Shown here: positions 9,230 through 17,771 of the stretch, piece by piece
Numbering within the stretch: the first letter of the stretch is position 1
Layout of the letters: the number at the start of each line of letters is the position of its first letter
DNA from: a virus
Taxonomy: Duplodnaviria > Caudoviricetes
Strand: one strand, 5' to 3'
IMG/VR virus record: IMGVR_UViG_3300025277_000110
Coordinates: 1-28,826 of that record
DNA: 28,826 nucleotides
Made by a program: the position numbers and the translations under genes
Notes under the pieces: model-generated
What the model saw: the letters and a program-made list of their open reading frames with translations, nothing else
Database searches by the model: none
What the model was told of the DNA's origin: nothing

Positions 9230-9232
9230 TAT

Positions 9233-9388
9233 ATGGACGGAATAGTAGACACATTAAAAACAACAGGAGCAGGCATGGGTGGATGGTGGTTATCTATTAG
9301 TGGCTGGCTTCCTGAAGCTGTAAGCCTAGGCGTAGGAGTTGCCACACTAGTGTACTTAATAATTAAAATATACAAAGAGCTTAAATAA
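9233..9388 (+). CDS. Small membrane protein, holin-like (51 aa; not in ORF track)
   Basis: Hand translation MDGIVDTLKTTGAGMGGWWLSISGWLPEAVSLGVGVATLVYLIIKIYKELK*: hydrophobic helix with a basic tail. Confidence 0.7.
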   Translation: MDGIVDTLKTTGAGMGGWWLSISGWLPEAVSLGVGVATLVYLIIKIYKELK

Positions 9389-9404
9389 TACATGGGAGGT
9401 GTAG

Positions 9405-9659
9405 TTGGATATAGTAGGAATAATCGAGACAATTGGGATTCCAGTTTCTGTAGCATTGGGTCTAGGCTATGCTCTTATGTATCTAATAAGGTTTCTAACA
9501 AGAGATGTACAAGAAGATATTAAAAACTTGCACGATATAACTGTGAAGCTTATAGATAGTAATCGTGAAGCAAAAGACGAGGTTAAGAAAACAATGACAG
9601 CTGTAGGTGTAATAAAAGACATTATAATTAAACTTTTTAAAAAAGGAGAAAATAAATAA
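9405..9659 (+). CDS. Holin-like protein (single N-terminal TM helix plus coiled coil, BhlA/UviB-type architecture)
   Basis: TTG start with SD GGAGGT; IGIPVSVALGLGYALMYLI TM segment followed by an amphipathic helix. Confidence 0.65.
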   Translation: MDIVGIIETIGIPVSVALGLGYALMYLIRFLTRDVQEDIKNLHDITVKLIDSNREAKDEVKKTMTAVGVIKDIIIKLFKKGENK

Positions 9660-9806
9660 ATGGTAGAACTATTATCAGCAAATTGGGAATATGTAGTAAT
9701 AGGTATTCTAGCTATAGATAAGGTTGTTGCACTTAGTCCAACAGAATGGGATGATCTTATATGGACATCAATTAAAAAATCAATATATAAAATAGTAGGT
9801 AAATAA
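9660..9806 (+). CDS. Small hydrophobic/amphipathic peptide (48 aa; not in ORF track)
   Basis: MVELLSANWEYVVIGILAIDKVVALSPTEWDDLIWTSIKKSIYKIVGK*; SD AGGAG; abuts both neighbours. Confidence 0.7.
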   Translation: MVELLSANWEYVVIGILAIDKVVALSPTEWDDLIWTSIKKSIYKIVGK

Positions 9807-9955
9807 TGTTAAAATTATTATTAGCAAAAGCAGTTAAAAAACATGGATTAAAAGCTATACTCATTAAAGTAGGTGATATTGCTGTTAAAATAACAAAGTC
9901 TAAGAAAGATGATAAAGCTTGGGCTGAAGTTAAAAAGGTAATAAATAGTCTGTAA
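9806..9955 (+). CDS. Small cationic amphipathic peptide (49 aa; not in ORF track)
   Basis: MLKLLLAKAVKKHGLKAILIKVGDIAVKITKSKKDDKAWAEVKKVINSL*; TAATG coupling at both ends; 13 Lys versus 4 acidic residues. Confidence 0.7.
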   Translation: MLKLLLAKAVKKHGLKAILIKVGDIAVKITKSKKDDKAWAEVKKVINSL

Positions 9956-12570
9956 TGGGAAAATTTCCTGACTACAATGAAGATGGTGGCGTTAACATGT
10001 TAGACGTTATGCGTGCTCCTGCGGAAAGAAAAGCAGAATTAGTAAAGATGATAATGGAGCAGTCATATGATCCTTCTCAGACCTATGATGATCCTTCAGC
10101 AGCACCTGTTGATACTCCAATAATTCCCCCACCTGACGTTGCTGGAGAAAAGGCAAGGGCAGATGAGCTTTTAATGCAATCAACTGGTGCTTTAACCGCT
10201 AATCCAATGCCTTCAATGCCTTCTATTTCAAATGTAGGGGCTGCTCCTTTTTCTGGCTCTATTAATTGGAATGCAATCCCTGGGGGATTTCAACCATTAC
10301 CACAAGTAGCAGGTAGTAGAAAGAAGTTATACCAACTATCTAAGTTTCATGGAGGTATTAATCAAAAGTCTTCTCCACGTGATATATCTGATACAGAATG
10401 TCAAGAAGCTACAAACGTGACAGTTTCACAAGTTGGAAGAATAAAGCCATTAGGAGATATAAAAAGTACGGAGAGTACTTTATCAACCGCTGAGATATCA
10501 AGTGAAACTACATCAATTCCATCGCCTGGGTATGGGCTTTATGTATTTAAAAGTGGATATTCACTAGCTTCACCCCCAATCCAAGGTGATTATACTATTG
10601 TTGTATCAACTGATGGTGAGCATGTAGTTGCAACAGATGGTACAACGCAAATTGATGATGATAATGCATGGTTTTTAATATCAGATGCAGATGCTGAGGG
10701 TCGTGTAGATGTTGCACCTACATTTTATGCATCGGGCAACGGATTATATGCTTGTGATGCTAATCTTGAGCCTGATCATGCAACTTCAAGAAAAGCTGCT
10801 ATACTTGTGTATAGGAAAGATATGAATAATAATGAGGTTATTAAAGGTTGGCAAACAGGCGAGGCATTATTAACTTCTCCTGATGTTGGCACTGACAATG
10901 ATGATGTAACTATGGTAGATTCAACTGGTACACGAATAGAAGCATCTCCTGGTGCTATGACAGTATATATAAATCCTACTGGTAGTGGGAATTGGGGTTC
11001 ATCAAGCGGTATCGTTTATTCTTTTTATGTTAGCTATTTATTTGATAATGGGTGTGAAACAGGGTTATCTTTCATGAATACAGATACATTAACGGATCAA
11101 ACATTAGATTTTAATGTAAGTTTGAGACATGAAAATGATGCTGAGCTTGGTGGTGATAAAAGAATACATGGTGCACGTATTTATTTTAGAGAGGCTGGAA
11201 CAGTAGAGAGGTATTTACTTGCAGAAGTTAGTCTTCCCGATGGCGTTAAGGGTGCTTTAGATTCTACATTTACCCCTTGGGATTTAGATGCTGATCCTGT
11301 TTATGATTTAGCAGGTCATATAAATTTCAAGTCTCCTCCAGAATTATATACATATGTTGCATTAAATGGATATTACGCTAATGAAATGTATAATAAATCT
11401 CCTGATGATGCAACCGTTGCTCCAGCACCACATGATGTGAGGTATAGAACTGCAACTGTTGGTGCTAATGGTGCTGTGTTTATAGGTTGTTATATGTTTA
11501 GAGGTAAAGTTTTTGCTGATGGCATGATGTATTCAATGCCTAATAAGCCTGGGGTTTTTCCAGAACTTAATGTATTTGATTCACCATCTTCTGATGGAAC
11601 TCCAATAACAGCATTAGTATCATTTAAAGATAAGATATTACAATTTAAACAAGATGCATTGTATGTTATAAATATATCAAATCCAACAAAGTTTTATACA
11701 GAAGCTTCATTTAGAAATTGTGGTGTAATGAATCCATGTCAGACATTTCAAACTCCATTTGGAGTAATATTTGCAAATTATATTGGATGCTTTATATATG
11801 ATGGAAGTAAAGTAATCTCTCTTACATCTGGTAAGTTTACTGTTGCTAATTGGGGTATTTCTGAGGGTAGTGTTGTAGATACTGCTGCTGCTAGTAAAGA
11901 TGGTGTAAATGTACCTTGTGTTGGATATGATCCACGTTCACAAAGTATTATTGTTTTAAAAAATATTGGGGATAATTCTGATGATACTAGTGCTTGGATA
12001 TATCATATGGGAACACAATCATGGACTGAGTCTGCTAGTGGAGCTGCAACAGGAATGATTATAAATACTAATTCTGATAGACATTCTAATTTTGTAATAT
12101 CTCCTAATGGATATTTAAGTATTCTTCATACTACTGGTGGTAGTAATGGTGCAGTAACAGCTTTAAAGACATATGATTTTGGTCAGGCTTCTAGCAATAC
12201 TCAAACAATAACATATTGGACGAAAGATTTAGACTTTGGATTACCTTCACAAACAAAAAAGTTATTTAAAGTTTATATCACATATAAAGGAGATGCAAGT
12301 AGTCTTAAAGTTTTTTATAGTGTAGACGGACATGATAGAACATATTCAGAAGAAGCTGATCTTTATCAATTTAGCAGTAGTGATACACCGCTTGCAGATA
12401 AAAGTAGTGCTGATAATTTAGAAAATTGGCATGTAGCAGAATTAACTCCTTCAACAGCATCAGAAGGTAAAGATTGGAAAAGTATGTCAATATACATGAC
12501 TGGATCAGTATCCTCTACTTTTGAGATAAATGATATTTCAATACTATACAGACCGAGACCAATAAAATAA
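9955..12570 (+). CDS. Putative tail nozzle / DNA stabilisation protein (beta-propeller type) with N-terminal extension
   Basis: FHGGINQKSSPRDISDTECQEATNV near residue 130, propeller-like blades, and C-terminal WTKDLDFGLPSQTKKLFKVYITY...FEINDISILYR pattern of podovirus nozzle proteins. Confidence 0.7.
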   Translation: MGKFPDYNEDGGVNMLDVMRAPAERKAELVKMIMEQSYDPSQTYDDPSAAPVDTPIIPPPDVAGEKARADELLMQSTGALTANPMPSMPSISNVGAAPFSGSINWNAIPGGFQPLPQVAGSRKKLYQLSKFHGGINQKSSPRDISDTECQEATNVTVSQVGRIKPLGDIKSTESTLSTAEISSETTSIPSPGYGLYVFKSGYSLASPPIQGDYTIVVSTDGEHVVATDGTTQIDDDNAWFLISDADAEGRVDVAPTFYASGNGLYACDANLEPDHATSRKAAILVYRKDMNNNEVIKGWQTGEALLTSPDVGTDNDDVTMVDSTGTRIEASPGAMTVYINPTGSGNWGSSSGIVYSFYVSYLFDNGCETGLSFMNTDTLTDQTLDFNVSLRHENDAELGGDKRIHGARIYFREAGTVERYLLAEVSLPDGVKGALDSTFTPWDLDADPVYDLAGHINFKSPPELYTYVALNGYYANEMYNKSPDDATVAPAPHDVRYRTATVGANGAVFIGCYMFRGKVFADGMMYSMPNKPGVFPELNVFDSPSSDGTPITALVSFKDKILQFKQDALYVINISNPTKFYTEASFRNCGVMNPCQTFQTPFGVIFANYIGCFIYDGSKVISLTSGKFTVANWGISEGSVVDTAAASKDGVNVPCVGYDPRSQSIIVLKNIGDNSDDTSAWIYHMGTQSWTESASGAATGMIINTNSDRHSNFVISPNGYLSILHTTGGSNGAVTALKTYDFGQASSNTQTITYWTKDLDFGLPSQTKKLFKVYITYKGDASSLKVFYSVDGHDRTYSEEADLYQFSSSDTPLADKSSADNLENWHVAELTPSTASEGKDWKSMSIYMTGSVSSTFEINDISILYRPRPIK

Positions 12571-13988
12571 TGAGTAATTGGGGCGGAGCAAATAGACCAG
12601 TCACATCCAACAAGCTTGGTTCTCCTAATAGGAGAGAGGGTGCTGATGGCGATTTACAGATAAGACAGACACAATTAGGTGCTAAATTATTTGGTAAGAT
12701 TGGCGGAAGATGGTATGATAATCCCTTTTCTATTGATGGTGTAACAAAGATTGGTACTAATTTATCAGAACATTTATCTATAAGTAGTGATGGTATTGAG
12801 ATTATAAAAGCTGATAAGAAAGTTGCTTTCTTTGGCAGTACTGCTAGGATTGGTGAAGATTCTACTTCAAAGTCAGCACTTAGAGTAGCTGCTGATGGTG
12901 CATTAACAATTGGTACATCTAATTCCACTAAATTTAGTATTGCAGCAGCAGATGGAGTTACAACTGTTACTGATATTCTTTTAGGAGGTAGAATAAAAAA
13001 TGGTAATATTAGTAATAGTAATATTGTTATTGGTGCTGAGAATGCCTTAGGTGTGACTGATGTTGATGGGTCTGGTTTATTTAGTGGTAATGTAATTATT
13101 GGTGATCAGGCTTGTAATGCTGTTGATGTAGGTGGGAGTGATACTTTTCTTAATAATATAGCTATTGGCAATAATGCTATGAAGACTTGTGATCCTAATG
13201 CTGCAGATGCTACTGCTCGTTCTAATGTTGCTATTGGGCATAGTGCAATGAATAATAGGGATAGTGGAGATAATAATATTGCAGTTGGAAAAGGAGCAAT
13301 GTTTGGAGTAGGTGATGGAACTTGTACTGGTGCTGGCAATATAGCTATAGGAGGAGGATCGCTTGATGTAATAACAACTGGAGATGATAATATATGTATA
13401 GGACGAGATGCTGGAAATAATATTACAAGTGGACACGATAATGTTGTTATAGGTGGAGCTGATGTTACAGCAGATGCTGATGACCAACTTTCTATTTCAT
13501 CAGGAGATGGTTCAGTTGTTTGGCTAACTGGCGATAGCTCAGGAAATATCACTGGAACTGGAACTTTTACTTGCTCAGGTAAAATAGATGCTGGAAGTGG
13601 AAAGATAGAGACTAGTGGAGAAGTTGAAGGTGGTTCATTAGATATTAATGGAGCTGCTGATATTTCTGGTGCTTTAACTGGACTTGATAGTATTTCACAA
13701 ACCAATATGAATACTGTGTCTTGGACTACTGCAAATCTTGCTGCTGGGGCTAGTGAAAATAAATTATTAGCTGCTGGAGTTTATCTTCTGATTGTAAGGT
13801 CTAATATATCTGCTGTTATGATTTCTTGTTTTAATGTAGGAAGTACTTATGTAGATGGTTTGTCAGCAATAGCTACAGCAACCAGTTCAACAATTACTGA
13901 TCCTGGGAGTAGTCGAAATATAACAGTTAATAATACACATGGAAGTACTGCTCAAACATTTACATGTTTTGCAATGCAAATTGTTTAA
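12570..13988 (+). CDS. Second tail fibre/spike with NxxIGxxA (YadA-head-like) repeats
   Basis: Repeats NIVIGAENA, NVIIGDQA, NIAIGNNA, NVAIGHSA, NIAVGKGA, NIAIGGGS, NICIGRDA, NVVIGGA; Gly/Ser/Thr-rich; follows the nozzle gene. Confidence 0.75.
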   Translation: MSNWGGANRPVTSNKLGSPNRREGADGDLQIRQTQLGAKLFGKIGGRWYDNPFSIDGVTKIGTNLSEHLSISSDGIEIIKADKKVAFFGSTARIGEDSTSKSALRVAADGALTIGTSNSTKFSIAAADGVTTVTDILLGGRIKNGNISNSNIVIGAENALGVTDVDGSGLFSGNVIIGDQACNAVDVGGSDTFLNNIAIGNNAMKTCDPNAADATARSNVAIGHSAMNNRDSGDNNIAVGKGAMFGVGDGTCTGAGNIAIGGGSLDVITTGDDNICIGRDAGNNITSGHDNVVIGGADVTADADDQLSISSGDGSVVWLTGDSSGNITGTGTFTCSGKIDAGSGKIETSGEVEGGSLDINGAADISGALTGLDSISQTNMNTVSWTTANLAAGASENKLLAAGVYLLIVRSNISAVMISCFNVGSTYVDGLSAIATATSSTITDPGSSRNITVNNTHGSTAQTFTCFAMQIV

Positions 13989-13989
13989 A

Positions 13990-14022
13990 AAAGTAACAGC
14001 CTTAGAGGCACAATTAAATTAA
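13990..14022 (+). pseudogene. Out-of-frame relic of an S74-fibre C-terminus (KVTALEAQLN*)
   Basis: aaagtaacagccttaga at 13990-14006 is identical to 4824-4840; lies just after the stop of 12570..13988 in a different frame and has its own TAA. Confidence 0.7.
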
Positions 14023-14037
14023 GTAAGGAGTAATATT

Positions 14038-14973
14038 ATGGCAATAAGTTTAGCAAGAGCAAGACGTGTAGGGCAACAAAGAACTACAAGTAAAAGACTT
14101 GCAAAAGAATATGGAAAACAAGCAAAAAAGGCACAGAAACGTAAAGGGTGGAGCGGTCTTTTAGGTAAAGGCTTAGGAATGGGACTTGGCTCTATTCTTG
14201 GTGGTGCTCTTGGAATTGCCTCTGGTGGTCTTCTTATGCCACTTGTAATGGCTGCTGGTTCATTTGGTGGAAAAAAGATTGCACATGAAATGACGAGGGG
14301 TATGGGTGCTAAAACAGGCGGATTAAAAGGTGATATATATGGATATGGGGAAGATGAAGCATCCTCTCTAAAGAAAGACTTAAAATCACAAATGGCTGTT
14401 GACCCTCTAAAAGAACGTGGTGGGTTTGGTAAAGACTTACTTTCTTCTTATATTAGTGCAGGAATGGCTGGTAATTTAGGTGGGGCTAAACAATTATTAA
14501 AAGGAGATATAACAGGAAAGGAAGCACTTCTTGGAACGAAAGATTGGAAATTTGGTGGAGTAGAAGGTGCTAAGGCTGGTCTTGGTGATTTATTTGGAAC
14601 TAAATGGGGTGGTGAAGATGTAGGTGCTGCTGCTGACATGCCTATATCAGCTGATACTGAGGCATATTCTCCACTGCACCAACCTGAAGATTTATTGTCT
14701 CAGCAAATAAATCAAGAACCATATGTATTTGGTAGTGAATACGATGATACAGCTGTTTCAGAAGAAATATTACCTTATGCTCAAGGTGGTCAAGTTCCAC
14801 AACAACAATTAATGCAACTACTTGCTTTAGCACAGATGCAACAAAACAATGCATATAGTGGTACTGCACTTGAAGAGACTAAGCAACCATCAATAGCTAA
14901 TTATTTTGAATCTAAGGGAAAGACATTAGGTGGCAATAATACTCAATCACTATCACAAATGTTAGGGAGATAG
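14038..14973 (+). CDS. Putative internal virion/ejection protein with glycine-zipper membrane segment
   Basis: Basic N-terminus, then GLLGKGLGMGLGSILGGALGIASGGLLMPLVMAAG; first of four genes in the position of podovirus ejection genes; SD AGGAG. Confidence 0.6.
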   Translation: MAISLARARRVGQQRTTSKRLAKEYGKQAKKAQKRKGWSGLLGKGLGMGLGSILGGALGIASGGLLMPLVMAAGSFGGKKIAHEMTRGMGAKTGGLKGDIYGYGEDEASSLKKDLKSQMAVDPLKERGGFGKDLLSSYISAGMAGNLGGAKQLLKGDITGKEALLGTKDWKFGGVEGAKAGLGDLFGTKWGGEDVGAAADMPISADTEAYSPLHQPEDLLSQQINQEPYVFGSEYDDTAVSEEILPYAQGGQVPQQQLMQLLALAQMQQNNAYSGTALEETKQPSIANYFESKGKTLGGNNTQSLSQMLGR

Positions 14974-14976
14974 GTT

Positions 14977-15780
14977 ATGGCTGATACAGCAACAATTGGT
15001 TCTATGACTGGTGCAAAATATTTCAATAAAAATACAGGTATTGAGATAGATAGAGAAACATATAGTGGATATGGAAGCCAGCAAAAGTCAAATTATAGGG
15101 TAGAACATCAATTTGATGAATATACTTATAATGAGGATACTAAGGCTTGGGAAAAAACTGGTAATACAGTGCCGAAAAATACTACTAATCATTATGATAC
15201 AATAGACGAAGCTGCTGGGAAAAGAATAGACGCAACATCAACCGAGTGGGGTGCTGCAAATATCACAAAAGAAATGTTTGTAGATGAGCAGGGTGAACAA
15301 AGGTCTATTGAGGATATTTACGCTACCCTCGATCCATTAATGCCTGGCATTACAGGTGATAAGCTTAAACTTCAAATTAGAGATATGATGCCTAAGTACA
15401 CAGGTGCTCCTGCGGAAGAAAAAGAATTTGCAAGAGAAGGTTTTCAAAAAGATGTATATGGAATATCTAAAGATGCTGGTAAAGCAGGTGCTCAAATGCA
15501 ACAAGCATATGGGTCTGGAATGGGTTCTCAAATGAGAGGTGCATATGGTGCTCAGAAAGATGTTGCACAGCAATTCAAGCAAGCAGAACAAGGATATGCT
15601 CAAGATATATATGGACTTGAGAAACAGGCGGGACAAGAATTTGAGGCTGGGGTTAGTGATTGGATGCAAGGGTCATGGTTTGAAACTCCTGATGTAGATT
15701 ATAGGCAAGGTGGTAGAGTCCCAAATAAAAAATCATTTTTAGATGTATTAACAGCAATACCAGACGCAGGGGGTAGTTAA
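14977..15780 (+). CDS. Putative internal virion protein
   Basis: Gln/Ala/Gly-rich helical C-half; SD GGAG; synteny. Confidence 0.55.
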   Translation: MADTATIGSMTGAKYFNKNTGIEIDRETYSGYGSQQKSNYRVEHQFDEYTYNEDTKAWEKTGNTVPKNTTNHYDTIDEAAGKRIDATSTEWGAANITKEMFVDEQGEQRSIEDIYATLDPLMPGITGDKLKLQIRDMMPKYTGAPAEEKEFAREGFQKDVYGISKDAGKAGAQMQQAYGSGMGSQMRGAYGAQKDVAQQFKQAEQGYAQDIYGLEKQAGQEFEAGVSDWMQGSWFETPDVDYRQGGRVPNKKSFLDVLTAIPDAGGS

Positions 15781-15782
15781 GA

Positions 15783-17771
15783 ATGGCAATTAATAATGTC
15801 AATATGATGGCACTTATAAACCAAGAGCTTAAAAAAATAGAAGGGCGAGATACTAAGTCTGACTATTTAGATGTGTTTAAAGAATCATGGGAAATGGGTC
15901 AAGAGCAACGTGCATGGAATGAGCGTAAGAATACACAAAGACAAAGTATTATGTCTGAGCTTTCACGTGGTACTTCAATGACCTTCAATGAAAAAGATTT
16001 AGAACGAAAAAAAGAAAGATTCCAAAACTACTATAATAAACATAGAGGTAGTATGGATGAGAATACTTTAGAGATGGGTCAATTCATGCTTGAAGACTTT
16101 GGTACACAGCAAGAAAAGAATAAAGATTTTAATTTTCTTGTGGCTGATGGTGAGCGGTTAAAAAAAGAATTATCATATGATATGCAAAATATTGGTGTAG
16201 ATGCGGAAGGTAATCAGCGTACATTGGATGAAAATGATTATAAAATTATAAAAGAGATGCAAAAGGAATGGATGGATCATACGAATAAGATGAAGATTGA
16301 TTTTGCTGATAGACTTGAATTAAAACCATTTCAACATATCAATACAGAACTTACAAATGCCAAAAATATAAATGATTTTCTTTTAGCAGAAGCAAGAGAA
16401 GATGATTTAATTGATGATAGAGAGATGCAAGCCTATACTGATGCTTGGGAAAATCTTAATTATGCTCCTGTGGCAAAATATTATAATGACGAGAAGGTTG
16501 GCAAGACAGCTGCTATTACTTTTAATACTAACGAGCTTCTTACTGGTGCAAAAAGATATTCACAATTACATAATTTACTTGAGAATAGTGGTGTTATTCC
16601 ATTTAAAGATCAATTGTCGGGACTAACTATAAATATTACTGCTGAGGAATTAAGTGCTACACCCGAAGGTAGTGTTGAGAGAAAATTTTTAAATAGCTTA
16701 ATAAAAGAATATGATTCTCTTCCACAGCAATTAAATAATCTTAATAGTACTAATATAGATTTAACTGGAACTGATTTTCTTAGAACTGCCGATCTTTCAT
16801 TACATGAGATACCTCCAAATATACAAGAACAAATCTTGTCTGGTAAGGGTGAGAAAACTATATTAGATGTTCCACAAGTAAAAGCAACTGTGGGTGAGCC
16901 AAAAGGTAGGGCGGAAAAAGTAAAAGAAGCTGCGGGTATATCAGATGAAGATACGAGTGCATTAGGGAAGCTTGGCATTGGTATTGGTGTTGCTGGTGCA
17001 GCATATCAGGCAGAAAATATTGCAAAGGCTGGAGCAAAAGTAGCTGATGTTACTATCAAAGCTGGGAAATATATAGAAGAGCTTACACATTTAAGACCAG
17101 GCCAAATAAGAGAATTTTTAAGCTCAAAAGATGTTGGTGCTAATCTAAAAAACATAGAAAGCTTAGAAACTGATATAGCAGAGCTTAAAACTAAAATAAA
17201 AAATGCCGAGGGCATAAAAACCCTTGACGTAAAAGAGAGACTTCGTTTAAATCAAAATAAAAGAGACCTTACTAAAGCAACTTCTAAGATAGATAACATT
17301 AAAGACAGTATGTCAAAAAGATGGGCTAAAAAGTTTAAGACTAAACCTAGGATAATAAGTAGCTTATTTAAAAAAGGTACAACAGATAAATGGAATTTAT
17401 GGAAGGCTAAAGGCGGACTTCCAAAACTAGGACAAAGATATGCTATAGGAAGTATATTAACTGATAAGGTATTTGGATTTGAATTTGAAGGTGCTCCAAG
17501 AATTGCTGTTGATATTACTGCTGGTTATGCAGCAGAGAAAATGACAGTAAAGAAATTCTTTCCCCAGCTTAAAAGAATTATACAAAGTCCTAAAGGTCAA
17601 CAATATTTATTAAGATTTATGGCTAAAAATACAGCAAAAAAGATTGGTACTGCTGCGGTACTTGGTGGTGGTTGGTTCTCACTTGCTACATCTCTTGTTG
17701 GTGCTGGTTTAGCTGTTACTGATATATATAATATAGTTAAAAATTGGAATCCAGAAGAAGGGGAAGAATAA
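15783..17771 (+). CDS. Putative internal virion/ejection protein (helical, with hydrophobic segments)
   Basis: 662 aa; LGIGIGVAGAA and IGTAAVLGGGWFSLATSLVGAGLAV hydrophobic stretches; synteny. Confidence 0.6.
   Translation: MAINNVNMMALINQELKKIEGRDTKSDYLDVFKESWEMGQEQRAWNERKNTQRQSIMSELSRGTSMTFNEKDLERKKERFQNYYNKHRGSMDENTLEMGQFMLEDFGTQQEKNKDFNFLVADGERLKKELSYDMQNIGVDAEGNQRTLDENDYKIIKEMQKEWMDHTNKMKIDFADRLELKPFQHINTELTNAKNINDFLLAEAREDDLIDDREMQAYTDAWENLNYAPVAKYYNDEKVGKTAAITFNTNELLTGAKRYSQLHNLLENSGVIPFKDQLSGLTINITAEELSATPEGSVERKFLNSLIKEYDSLPQQLNNLNSTNIDLTGTDFLRTADLSLHEIPPNIQEQILSGKGEKTILDVPQVKATVGEPKGRAEKVKEAAGISDEDTSALGKLGIGIGVAGAAYQAENIAKAGAKVADVTIKAGKYIEELTHLRPGQIREFLSSKDVGANLKNIESLETDIAELKTKIKNAEGIKTLDVKERLRLNQNKRDLTKATSKIDNIKDSMSKRWAKKFKTKPRIISSLFKKGTTDKWNLWKAKGGLPKLGQRYAIGSILTDKVFGFEFEGAPRIAVDITAGYAAEKMTVKKFFPQLKRIIQSPKGQQYLLRFMAKNTAKKIGTAAVLGGGWFSLATSLVGAGLAVTDIYNIVKNWNPEEGEE

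Noticed and set aside
2298-13988. Diversity-generating retroelement targeting the fibres
   Set aside because: No reverse transcriptase and no ~100-bp TR/VR pair differing at adenines was seen; the only repeat found shared between the fibres is 17 bp.
13981-14000. Programmed frameshift at gtttaaaaaa extending the second fibre
   Set aside because: The KVTALE relic is in the +1 frame, no valid -1 heptamer precedes the stop in frame, and the gain would be only about 10 aa; a recombination relic is simpler.
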